Source: Coprothermobacterota bacterium (GTDB lineage: Bacteria; Coprothermobacterota; HKB111). From it: 64,000 bases of DNA. Positions 43,686 through 52,729 of this stretch are shown piece by piece (position 1 is the first letter of the stretch; every line of letters starts with the position of its first letter). The position numbers and the translations under genes were made by a program. The stretch covers positions 29,811-93,810 of the forward strand of contig JBBIUB010000003.1 in the NCBI GenBank assembly GCA_037440465.1. The letters run 5' to 3'. The notes under the pieces were generated by a model. That model ran no database searches. It saw only the letters and a list, made by a program, of their open reading frames with translations, and was not told where the DNA came from.

Positions 43686-44699
43686 TTAATAACTCACCAA
43701 TGAGAAATGGTCCCATCCACAAGGAGTAAGTTCATTTATGCTTCCATCAGACCTTTTTAACGCAATTACCCTTGCTTTGTTATTAATCTCGCCTATTATG
43801 GAAACATGAGTTCCTGTTAACTTTTCAACCTTATTCTTAACCAGGGTCGCTTCTTCTGGAGAAACAGTAAAAATGAGCTCGTAATCTTCTCCTCCTCTAA
43901 GGAAAAAGTTCAGGGGATTATCTCCTAACAGAAGAGAAGCTTCTTTTAGCTCTTCCTTAATTGGAAAACAATCCTCCAAAAGAGTAGCACCAACTAAACT
44001 CTCCTCAAGGATGTGATATAAATCCTTTAAAACCCCATCACTTACATCAATCATGGAAGTTACTCCATTAAACCCGGCTATCAAGTGGGCTTCTTTAACC
44101 CGAGGGGTAGGAGTAATATGTTTATCTATCAGAGATGGATATTTTTCTCCTAAACTTTTAAGTATCAGCTTAAAACCAGCAGCAGAACAACCGGGTTCTC
44201 CTGTTATTAGGATTAAATCACCTGATTTTGCCCCCGACCTTAATTTTAAATTATCTTCTTCAACTTCTCCCAATAGAGCTACATCCACTACTAAAGGACC
44301 TTCAGTTTTGGATATGTTTCCTCCAACCAGAGATACTCCCCATTTATCAGCCTCTTCTTGAAGTCCCCGGTAAAAATCTCTTAGGAACTCCACCTCTGTA
44401 ATTGGAGGAAGTATGAGAGAAATCAAAGCAAAGGTTGGGCTTCCTCCCATTGAAGCAATGTCGCTAACATTTATTGCCAGAGATTTACACCCAAGTTGGA
44501 AGGGAGTTATGAGATTACGAAGAAAGTGAGTGCCTTCAACTTGAACATCGCATGTAAACAGAACATAATTTCCCCCAAGACCTTTCAGGACAGCAGTATC
44601 ATCCCCTATACCCCGTACAACCTTCTGGTTACCCTCTTTAACCCACTTTTTTATCATTGATATAAGCCCGAACTCACCAATATCAGTGATTATATTCAA
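43686..44699 (-). CDS. thiL: Thiamine-monophosphate kinase
   Basis: GEFGLI, GIGDDTA, NVSDIASMGG, IDVSDG, GGEDYEL. Confidence 0.95.
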   Translation of the reverse strand: MNIITDIGEFGLISMIKKWVKEGNQKVVRGIGDDTAVLKGLGGNYVLFTCDVQVEGTHFLRNLITPFQLGCKSLAINVSDIASMGGSPTFALISLILPPITEVEFLRDFYRGLQEEADKWGVSLVGGNISKTEGPLVVDVALLGEVEEDNLKLRSGAKSGDLILITGEPGCSAAGFKLILKSLGEKYPSLIDKHITPTPRVKEAHLIAGFNGVTSMIDVSDGVLKDLYHILEESLVGATLLEDCFPIKEELKEASLLLGDNPLNFFLRGGEDYELIFTVSPEEATLVKNKVEKLTGTHVSIIGEINNKARVIALKRSDGSINELTPCGWDHFSLVSY

Positions 44700-45315
44700 T
44701 TATTATTCTCCTCAGGTTCTGTGTAGCCTTCACCATATTATCTGCCCAGGCTACAGCTGCCACCACTGCTATTCCAAAAACTCCTGTTTCCATAACCTCT
44801 CTAACATTTTCCTCAGTTATCCCGCCAATAGCTATTATTGGAACTTTAACCTTTAAGACCACTTCTTTTAGAATCAACAGTCCAGAAGGAGGAGCAGCAT
44901 CAGGTTTCACACCGTAAACTATCCTTCCTCCAAAGATGGGACCAAAACCTATATAATCTGCACCATCCCTTTCTGCTTTCAAGGCTTCATCTATATTAGA
45001 AGCTGAAGCACCATATATTTTATCTACTCTCCAAATTCTTCTTGCAGTTAGGATGGGTAGGTCACTCTGACCAAGATGAACTCCATCAGCATTGACAGCC
45101 ATAGCAATATCCAGACGGTCATTGATTATGAAGGGAATCTTCGCTTCCATTGTAATCTCCCTGATTTTTGAAGCCATTTCATACATTCTAAGAGAAGAAG
45201 AACTTTTATCCCTATATTGAATTATTGTTGCTCCACCATCAATACCTGCTTTTGCAATGTCCAAGTGTGTTCTATTGCTAATATGTCCCTCGTCTGTTAA
45301 TACATGAAGTTTCAT
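44683..45315 (-). CDS. thiE: Thiamine-phosphate synthase
   Basis: QYRDK, INDRLD, GVHLGQSD, ADYIGFGPIF, AIGGI. Confidence 0.95.
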   Translation of the reverse strand: MKLHVLTDEGHISNRTHLDIAKAGIDGGATIIQYRDKSSSSLRMYEMASKIREITMEAKIPFIINDRLDIAMAVNADGVHLGQSDLPILTARRIWRVDKIYGASASNIDEALKAERDGADYIGFGPIFGGRIVYGVKPDAAPPSGLLILKEVVLKVKVPIIAIGGITEENVREVMETGVFGIAVVAAVAWADNMVKATQNLRRIIIEYNH

Positions 45316-45318
45316 TGT

Positions 45319-46134
45319 CTATATACTCTTTTCATTACAGGAAAACAGAGCCATATGATTTAAAGATCCAATACCATTACCAATTTTTAGGTCTTTAGAT
45401 TTCTCCAGAATAAGAGTTAGATAAACTTTGGCTTTTCTCACTGCTTGTATTACCTCCTCTCCTTTAGCTAAAAAGGCAGCGATAGCTGATGCAAAGGTAC
45501 AACCTGTCCCATGAGTATTAGAAGTTAAAATACGAGACGCCTTTAACTCTAAAAAATCATAGCCATCGTAAAAGAGATCTATACTCTCTTCATTATCCAG
45601 ATGACCACCCTTAACTACCACAAAACGAGCTCCTTTCATGTAAATCAAGGAAGCAGCTTTCTTCATATCAATTATATTTTTAATCTCCATCCCAGCTAAG
45701 ACACTGGCTTCAGGTAGGTTTGGGGTAACTATTAGTGATATTGGTAGTAGCCTTTTTATTAAGGTTTCTTCAGCTTCACTTCTAAGTAGTCTATCCCCAC
45801 TTTTTGCTACCATCACCGGGTCCACTACCAAATTCTTTACCTCATACTCCTTCATTTTAAAGGCAACAATTTCTATAACCTCTAAGTTTGAAAGCATGCC
45901 TGTCTTTACAACATGAGCACCTATATCGTTAAAGATGGAATCTATCTGTGATGCCACAAAAGAAGGGGGTATCTCAAAAATACCTTGTACACCCTGGGTG
46001 TTTTGAGCAGTTAAGGCGGTAATAACGCTCATACCATAAACTCCCAGGGCTGAGAAAGTTTTAAGGTCGGCTTGAATACCAGCTCCTCCCCCTGAATCAG
46101 AACCTGCTATGGTTAAGGCGAGAGGTATATTCAC
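45319..46134 (-). CDS. thiD: Hydroxymethylpyrimidine/phosphomethylpyrimidine kinase
   Basis: TIAGSDSGGGAGIQADLK, DPVMVAKSG, TPNLPEA, THGTGCT. Confidence 0.95.
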   Translation of the reverse strand: MNIPLALTIAGSDSGGGAGIQADLKTFSALGVYGMSVITALTAQNTQGVQGIFEIPPSFVASQIDSIFNDIGAHVVKTGMLSNLEVIEIVAFKMKEYEVKNLVVDPVMVAKSGDRLLRSEAEETLIKRLLPISLIVTPNLPEASVLAGMEIKNIIDMKKAASLIYMKGARFVVVKGGHLDNEESIDLFYDGYDFLELKASRILTSNTHGTGCTFASAIAAFLAKGEEVIQAVRKAKVYLTLILEKSKDLKIGNGIGSLNHMALFSCNEKSI

Positions 46135-46138
46135 GCTA

Positions 46139-46963
46139 TCACCTCAGGTAATAGATTTTACTTCTATTTATTACATCTTCAGGAGTAAGGTTGTATAGGA
46201 CATCTAAAAGAGCTACTTTGAAGCTCTGAGGTCCAATCGCTTTGGGAGCTGCCATCTCAGCTGCTATCTCAAAAGTGGTAAGACCTGCCATTGTACCAAG
46301 TAGAGAGTCATCGGTAACAGCACAAAAAACAGCAACAGCGGTAGTAGACATACAGCCTGTTCCAGTTATAGTTCTGAGCCAGGAATGACCGTTATCTATG
46401 GCTACTATCCTTTCTCCATCGGAGATGATGTCCCTTTCTCCAGTAGCAGCTACTATCAACCCGGAACTTGTAGCAAATTTATAAATTATGTCTTCCAGAT
46501 TGGAGATTTTTCCTACTGACTCTACTCCCTTCACAAGCCCACTATTCCCCATCAAGGCTGCAATTTCTCCAGGATTACCTCTAAGGACTGTTACCTTTAG
46601 TTCTTTTAAGAGTCTGAGATTACTTTCTGTTCTCAGCCTGGTAGCTCCAGCCCCAACTGGGTCAAGAATGATGGGAATACCAAGCTCATTAGCCCTTTTA
46701 CCTGCTTTAATCATGGATTCAACCCAGGAAGGTGTTAAAGTACCGGGATTTAAAATCAGAGCCTGAGCAATTCCCACCATCTCTTCTACTTCTTCAATAG
46801 CATGAGCCATTACCGGAAGTGCTCCATAAACTAAAGTAAGATTAGCTGTGTCGTTCATAACCACAAAATTGGTGATGTGGTGAATTAGGGGTTTTTCCTC
46901 TTTGACTTTAGCCATAAGGTGAGGAATCTCCTCTATTAAATCTCTGGCTAACTTTAGTTCCAT
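46139..46963 (-). CDS. thiM: Hydroxyethylthiazole kinase
   Basis: PLIHHITNFVVMNDTAN, LDPVGAGAT, RGNPGEI, ITGTGC. Confidence 0.95.
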   Translation of the reverse strand: MELKLARDLIEEIPHLMAKVKEEKPLIHHITNFVVMNDTANLTLVYGALPVMAHAIEEVEEMVGIAQALILNPGTLTPSWVESMIKAGKRANELGIPIILDPVGAGATRLRTESNLRLLKELKVTVLRGNPGEIAALMGNSGLVKGVESVGKISNLEDIIYKFATSSGLIVAATGERDIISDGERIVAIDNGHSWLRTITGTGCMSTTAVAVFCAVTDDSLLGTMAGLTTFEIAAEMAAPKAIGPQSFKVALLDVLYNLTPEDVINRSKIYYLR

Positions 46964-47013
46964 ATTAAAAGATGTCCTCCTTTAAAAAATATTAACAGGG
47001 GGACTTATGAACC

Positions 47014-47100
47014 CAACTCCCTACGCCGGTATTATCCAGATCAGGTATAAAGGGTTGGCTCAAAAAAAGCCTCTCAGCCATGAAAAGCACCCCTGTAGCG
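47014..47100 (-). promoter_or_regulatory. TPP riboswitch
   Basis: Minus strand reads GGGGTGC...GCTGAGAGG...AACCCTTTATACCTGATCTGGATAATACCGGCGTAGGGAG, directly upstream of thiM. A downstream CCCCCTGT can pair with the 5' ACAGGGG as an alternative fold. Confidence 0.95.
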
Positions 47101-47198
47101 TTTTAATTATAACATAGACAAAAGCAAAAGAATCAGGTAAAATGGAGAGTGCAAAAAGAGTAAAGAAAAATCAGTAAGCAGTAACCCAAGGAGGATAT

Positions 47199-48266
47199 AT
47201 GGATAGATTAAAGCTATTTAAAGATTTAACAGAAGTCCCGGGTGTCCCCGGTTACGAAACAGAGGTCAGGGAAGTCATAAGAAAATATACCCCCCCGGGT
47301 GTAAAAGTAGTTGAAGACCGTTTAGGTTCAATTATTTTAGAAAAGACTGGAACTTCTTCATCTCCCCGTATCATGCTCCCCGCTCATATGGACGAAATTG
47401 GCTTCATGCTGAGAACCATTGACAAAGATGGTTTCATCCGCTTCCTACCTTTAGGAGGATGGTGGGATCAAGTAATTATTTCTCAGAGAGTTGTCATACA
47501 TACTAAAAAAGGTAATCTTCTCGGTGTCATTGGTTCCAAGCCACCGCATCTTATGCCTGCTGATGAAAGAGATAAAATGGTAAAAAAGAAAGACATGTAC
47601 ATCGATATTGGCGCTACTTCTAAAGACGATGCCATAGAAATGGGTGTATCTGTTGGTGATGCCATCACTCCTTATTCGCCTTTTACGACCTTTAATAAAG
47701 ATACTCTTTTCCTTGGTAAAGCCTGGGATGATAGAATAGGCTGTTGTTTATTCCTGGAACTTCTTCACGACCTTCAGGGCGTAGAGCATCCTAATACAAT
47801 CTACGGAGTAGGAACTGTCCAAGAAGAAGTAGGTCTAAGAGGAGCTTATACTACGGCAAGAGTAGTAAATCCTGATGTTGCAATAGTTTTAGAAGTAGCC
47901 ATCTCTGGTGACACACCTGGAATTAAAGAAGAAGAATGCCAGGTCAAAATGGGTAAAGGACCAGCACTCCTCGTATATGATGCACGGATGATACCTAATA
48001 TTAAGCTTAGAAATCTCGTTATTGAAACAGCTGCTCGGGAAGGAATCCCTCTACAATTAGATGCTATGGATGCCGGTGCTACTGATGGTGGAATAATACA
48101 CATTCACGAAAAGGGTGTTCCTACAGTCGTTTTAGGCGTACCCACCCGTTACATCCATGGACATCAGGGGTTCTTCAACATATCTGACTACGAAAACACC
48201 TTAAAGCTTCTGAATACATTAGTAGCTAAATTAGATAAGGAGACCGTTGAAGGACTGACAAAGTAA
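47199..48266 (+). CDS. M42 family (TET-type) aminopeptidase
   Basis: AHMDEIG, KAWDDRIG, VQEEVGLRGA, GATDGG, PTRYIH. Confidence 0.92.
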   Translation: MDRLKLFKDLTEVPGVPGYETEVREVIRKYTPPGVKVVEDRLGSIILEKTGTSSSPRIMLPAHMDEIGFMLRTIDKDGFIRFLPLGGWWDQVIISQRVVIHTKKGNLLGVIGSKPPHLMPADERDKMVKKKDMYIDIGATSKDDAIEMGVSVGDAITPYSPFTTFNKDTLFLGKAWDDRIGCCLFLELLHDLQGVEHPNTIYGVGTVQEEVGLRGAYTTARVVNPDVAIVLEVAISGDTPGIKEEECQVKMGKGPALLVYDARMIPNIKLRNLVIETAAREGIPLQLDAMDAGATDGGIIHIHEKGVPTVVLGVPTRYIHGHQGFFNISDYENTLKLLNTLVAKLDKETVEGLTK

Positions 48267-48376
48267 GTCTACAATTCTTCTGGATAATATTTAAAGAATG
48301 TGGGTATAATAAACAAGTAATAAAAAATCTTTAATATTCATATCAAATTATTTTAAAAAAAGGAAGGTGAAATAAA

Positions 48377-48553
48377 ATGGAAAAGGATTTAGTATGCGGG
48401 ATGATGGTAGATCCAGCCAAAGCTTCTGCCAAATCAGTATATGAGGGTAAAAACTATTACTTCTGTGCAGTAGAGTGCAAGGATGAATTTGACAAAAACC
48501 CGGCTAAATATGTTAATAAGCCTAAAAGAGGCAGTTGTTGTAGTAGACATTAG
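48377..48553 (+). CDS. YHS domain small protein (58 aa)
   Basis: Not in the ORF track. MEKDLVCGMMVD...YEGKNYYFCAVECKDEFDKNPAKY...GSCCSRH, with an AAGGTG SD. Confidence 0.88.
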   Translation: MEKDLVCGMMVDPAKASAKSVYEGKNYYFCAVECKDEFDKNPAKYVNKPKRGSCCSRH

Positions 48554-48577
48554 TAACAAGATATAGCGGGGTTCTAG

Positions 48578-49054
48578 TTATTCTACCACTTCCCCGTGAA
48601 TAAGAGGTATAGCATGGAAAAGGGCTGGCTCTAGAAACTCCAGAATCTCTTTTACTGCCTTAGGATTTCCAGGTAAGTTTATGATGAGGGTATTCTTTCT
48701 AATACCTGCCAATCCTCTGGAGAGCATGGCTTGGGGTGTATATTTTAAGCTATATGCCCTAATGGCTTCTGAAATGCCACTGATTTCTCTTTCCAACACC
48801 TGACTTGTACCTTCCGGTGTGATGTCATTAGGAGAAACACCAGTACCTCCTGAGGTGATGATAAGGTCTAACTCCTCCTGGTCTGATAGGTAGGTAAGAA
48901 GGGATACAAGTTTATCCAAGGAATCATCAATAAGGTTCACACTAACCACCTCAAAACCCATAGATAGAAGAGAATCCATCAAAATAGGGGTGGTTTTATC
49001 TTCTCTCTCTCCACAAAAAGACCTAGTACTTAAAACAATAATACCAGTTCTCAT
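48578..49054 (-). CDS. MogA/MoaB molybdopterin adenylyltransferase
   Basis: REDKT, ITSGGTG, DITPE, AMLSR, INLPGNPKA. Confidence 0.9.
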   Translation of the reverse strand: MRTGIIVLSTRSFCGEREDKTTPILMDSLLSMGFEVVSVNLIDDSLDKLVSLLTYLSDQEELDLIITSGGTGVSPNDITPEGTSQVLEREISGISEAIRAYSLKYTPQAMLSRGLAGIRKNTLIINLPGNPKAVKEILEFLEPALFHAIPLIHGEVVE

Positions 49055-49971
49055 TTCTCCCTCAATACTGTAACTATTTTATCTCCTACCTTCACATTTC
49101 CTCCCTTAATGACTTCGGCAAAAATGCCTTCTAACGGCATCACACACTCGCCTGTTTCCTTCCCTATGGTACATGGAGAATGACACTCCTTGCCCAGTTG
49201 GGTGACTTTCAACATTACTTCATCTCCCAAATAGATGGTGGTACCGACTGGAAGGATTTTTAAGTTAATGCCTTCAGTGGTCACATTCTCAGCAAAAGCT
49301 CCTGGTTCTACATTAATTCCTTTTTCTCTCATTTTATTTATGCTCTCCTGGGCCAGTAAACTAACCTGTTTTATGCCAGGACCGCTATGAGCATCGGTTT
49401 TTATCCCTTCTCCAATTACAAAGATGGCTTCTTGGGTAGGTATTTTTTTGGTACCTTTCTTATTGCTAAGATTAATAGATATAATTTTGCCTGTTTCTTT
49501 TCTGAAAATACCGCTTTTTCCACCCTCTTTATAGATCAGATATATTTGGCCTATCTCCATCTCAGGGTCCAGAGCCTTGCACATATCGTAAATGGTAAGA
49601 CCACTTACAGTCACAGCTACCAGAGCTTCCATCTCGGCTCCGGTTTTGCCTTCTAACCTTACTTCACCGGTTATCTCCAGCTCTCTCTCCGAAATGGCTT
49701 TAAATTTGATATCCACCTGACTTAAGAGGAGGGGATGAGTTAAAGGGATGAGTTCAGAAGTCTTCTTAGCTGCCTGAATACCAGCAATTTTAGCCACAGT
49801 TATGGCGTCTCCTTTTGGACCTTCACCCTGTAGGATAGCTGACAGTACATCTTCTCTAAGCTTTACCACACCACGAGCTATGGCTACCCTTGAAGTGTGT
49901 GCTTTATCAGATATATCCACCATCCTGGCTTTTCCTGTTTCATCCAGATGTGTAAATTTCTTCTCTTCCAT
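49051..49971 (-). CDS. moaC: MoaC fused to a MOSC domain
   Basis: FTHLD, MVDIS, KGDA, LIPLTHP and TGAEMEAL, then MOSC motifs (DAH, QVSLL, GAFAEN, GKECH, C.MP.EGIF). Start set at ATG 49971; 49977 and 49989 are alternatives. Confidence 0.88.
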   Translation of the reverse strand: MEEKKFTHLDETGKARMVDISDKAHTSRVAIARGVVKLREDVLSAILQGEGPKGDAITVAKIAGIQAAKKTSELIPLTHPLLLSQVDIKFKAISERELEITGEVRLEGKTGAEMEALVAVTVSGLTIYDMCKALDPEMEIGQIYLIYKEGGKSGIFRKETGKIISINLSNKKGTKKIPTQEAIFVIGEGIKTDAHSGPGIKQVSLLAQESINKMREKGINVEPGAFAENVTTEGINLKILPVGTTIYLGDEVMLKVTQLGKECHSPCTIGKETGECVMPLEGIFAEVIKGGNVKVGDKIVTVLREK

Positions 49972-50012
49972 GTCCATATAATAGCACACTATAAATTCCT
50001 TTTATCTAATCT

Positions 50013-51650
50013 CTAATCAGTAAAAAGGTTGGTAAACTCAAATTTCTTACTATCAAATAATCCCTTATCACTCAGCTTCAACTCAGGAATCACCAGTAAA
50101 GACATAAAAGAAAGTGTCATAAAGGGAGATTTAAGTCCTGAACCGAGAGAGCGTGTTAATGTGTCTATCTCTCTATATTTATTCGCTACTGTTTTATAAT
50201 CATCAACACTCATTATTCCTGCAACCGGTAAGTAGAGTATCTCTTTCAAATCATCAGAAACTGCGCAGATACCACCTTTACTATCAACAATCAGATTGAC
50301 TGCTCTTGTTATATCCTCATCAGTTACCCCTACTGCTACTATATTATGAGAATCATGAGCTATGCTGGATGCAATAGCACCCTTTTTTAACCCAAAATTC
50401 TTAACAAAACTTGTAATTACAGGCGCTTCCTTGTAACGATTGACTACTACCATCTTAAGAATATCTCTTTCTGTATCAGAGACCACATTACCCTCATCTT
50501 CTTTTGGTTGCACTATCACAATACCTGTAACTATCTGACCATCAATGACTTCTATCACTCTCAAATCTCCCTGTTTATAGGGAAGGAAAAAGTCAGAGAT
50601 TTTTTTTCTTTCCGAGTTGAAATTGTTTGCTATCTTTGATGCTTTTCGAGGTATTAAAGACCTACCATTTTGTGCTACTACTACTCCTTTGATGAAAGTT
50701 CTCAATACATTAAACTCTTTTGGGTTATCTATCTCAACAAAGTCGGCAAAATCTCCAATTCTTAACAACCCAACATCCAGTCCATAGAATAAAACTGGAT
50801 TCACAGAAGCCACCCTAAGAACTTTCATAATATCAAAACCATAATTCAAAGCTCTTTTTACAAGGTTGTTAATCTGCCCTTCTATCAAGTCATCAGGATG
50901 TTTATCATCACTGCAGAACATGCAGTTCTTGTAATAATCATCAACAAGAGGTATTAGTTCCTCAAAATTCTTAGCTGCTGAACCTTCTCTGATTTGAATT
51001 TTCATTCCCAGTTTTATCTTTTCCAAAGCTTCTTCTATGTTATAACTTTCGTGGTCCGTGGATATTCCTGTTTTAACATATTTTTTAAGATCCTCACCTC
51101 TCAAGCCTGGAGCATGCCCATCAATTGGTTTACCATATTTCTGAGCAATTCTAATTTTCTCCATTACAAGGAAATCATTATTGATAACACCCGGGTAGTT
51201 CATTACTTCACCAAGATATTTGATTTCCTTCACCTTTATAAGCTCCTCTACCTCTTCCACTCCGATATAAGCACCGCTGGTTTCAAAGGTGGTTGCAGGA
51301 ACACAGGAAGGGGCTCCAAAGTAGAGCCTTACAGGAGCTTGTGAGCCATCTTCTATCATATACTTAACTCCTTCTGCTCCCAGGACATTGGCTATCTCGT
51401 GGGGGTCAGAGACTGTTGCTACAGTTCCATGGATAGTAGCCACCCTGGCAAATTCAGAAGGGGTCAGCATAGAACTTTCAACATGCACATGGGCGTCCGT
51501 CAGCCCAGGGATAAGGTAGGTACCATATCTACCACCATCCCGAACAATATCCACTATCCTACTACCAAAAATCCTTAAGGTGCCGGGATATACTACCCCG
51601 TTTAAGACATCTACAATATTACCCGATATTTTCTTTATATCTCTTTCCAT
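50013..51650 (-). CDS. ade: Adenine deaminase
   Basis: DAHVHVESSML, DPHEIANVLG, PSCVPAT, DGHAPG, TDHE, REGSAAKN, AHDSHN. Confidence 0.93.
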   Translation of the reverse strand: MERDIKKISGNIVDVLNGVVYPGTLRIFGSRIVDIVRDGGRYGTYLIPGLTDAHVHVESSMLTPSEFARVATIHGTVATVSDPHEIANVLGAEGVKYMIEDGSQAPVRLYFGAPSCVPATTFETSGAYIGVEEVEELIKVKEIKYLGEVMNYPGVINNDFLVMEKIRIAQKYGKPIDGHAPGLRGEDLKKYVKTGISTDHESYNIEEALEKIKLGMKIQIREGSAAKNFEELIPLVDDYYKNCMFCSDDKHPDDLIEGQINNLVKRALNYGFDIMKVLRVASVNPVLFYGLDVGLLRIGDFADFVEIDNPKEFNVLRTFIKGVVVAQNGRSLIPRKASKIANNFNSERKKISDFFLPYKQGDLRVIEVIDGQIVTGIVIVQPKEDEGNVVSDTERDILKMVVVNRYKEAPVITSFVKNFGLKKGAIASSIAHDSHNIVAVGVTDEDITRAVNLIVDSKGGICAVSDDLKEILYLPVAGIMSVDDYKTVANKYREIDTLTRSLGSGLKSPFMTLSFMSLLVIPELKLSDKGLFDSKKFEFTNLFTD

Positions 51651-51678
51651 ATCTCCATCTCCTCTCTCCCACTCCTTT

Positions 51679-51942
51679 TTATTCCTCCCCCTTCCTTAAC
51701 CTTCCGCACCTATTAACCTCTTCCAGCATCAACTCTGACTGGTCAACAGCTATCACTCTTAGCCTTCTATTTATAAGACCTTCTGTAATAAATCCAGTTC
51801 CTGGCCCAATATCAGCAGCAATTTTTCCTGCCTGTACTCCTGCTACAGCGTATGCCTTCTCCCTCACAACCTCAGAAAAGAAACTTTCTCTTAACTTATC
51901 CCACTCACTGGATACCTTATCAAAATACTCTTTACTCTCCAT
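51679..51942 (-). pseudogene. Truncated class I SAM-dependent methyltransferase
   Basis: Motif I (ADIGPGTG) and motif II (VIAVDQS) are present, then the ORF ends at 87 aa. The rest of the fold cannot fit before ade. Confidence 0.7.
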
Positions 51943-52046
51943 AAAAATACTCCCCCTTCTTTTCCTTTATTGACCTTAGTCTCCCTTTTTAGCGCTGGAT
52001 TGGTTCATCATAAAACCAACTCCCCAGTGAAAGAAACCAGTTGTAG

Positions 52047-52655
52047 TTATAAGACACTTGTCCCTGGCTTCTCTCTTGCCCTTTTTCTTAACTTTAAATC
52101 AATTCCCAACTCTGAAGCCATAGTCTCAAAGACCTTCCTGAAAATCTTCGCTTTTTCTTTTGTATCAAGGTTCTTATCCCCTATTATTCTTTCTGTTTCT
52201 TCAATCCCCTTCCTTATAAGTGATGGCAGCATAAGAGCAGACACCACGCAGGAAAAACTCATCTCTTTACCAGAATTATATCTATCAAGGAGTTCTTCCA
52301 GGAGCAACCTTCGTTCCCGTTGTTCCCTTAAGTGGGTTTCTAATCCTACTTCTTTTATCCTGTATAAATTTTGAATGGCGGGTTTGTGGCTTATAAAAGA
52401 ATCCAGATTCATACCTAACACATCGGTGAATTTTTCGCAGGGATATTCTCCACACTCAGCACAGGTGTGATAATTTCTTTTCTTAACACAACAACGATAC
52501 ACCTTACACCAGGAATTGGCAAAGAGGGTCAAATGACAACCAGAACATCTACTTTTAGCTTTACTCTGAAAACGCGGGCACAAACCACAAAAAAGACCAC
52601 ATGAACCAGCAAGGCTCTTTTCTTCTGTTAGATCTTCTTCTTTATTATCAATAAT
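52047..52655 (-). CDS. DUF3795-like Cys-rich protein (start uncertain)
   Basis: The frame extends upstream of the TTG call to include AGSCGLFCGLCP, followed by CSGC, C.VYRCC and CAEC.EYPC. Confidence 0.7.
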   Translation of the reverse strand: MIDNKEEDLTEEKSLAGSCGLFCGLCPRFQSKAKSRCSGCHLTLFANSWCKVYRCCVKKRNYHTCAECGEYPCEKFTDVLGMNLDSFISHKPAIQNLYRIKEVGLETHLREQRERRLLLEELLDRYNSGKEMSFSCVVSALMLPSLIRKGIEETERIIGDKNLDTKEKAKIFRKVFETMASELGIDLKLRKRAREKPGTSVL

Positions 52656-52729
52656 CCTTTCTCCCGGTAATACAGGTTAACCCTGACATAAAGTACAAAT
52701 TATTATCTCTCCTCCCTTTCTCTGACTCC

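Noticed and set aside
51970..52374. 134-aa plus-strand ORF
   Set aside because: It is antisense to the Cys-rich DUF3795-like gene and has no motif of its own.
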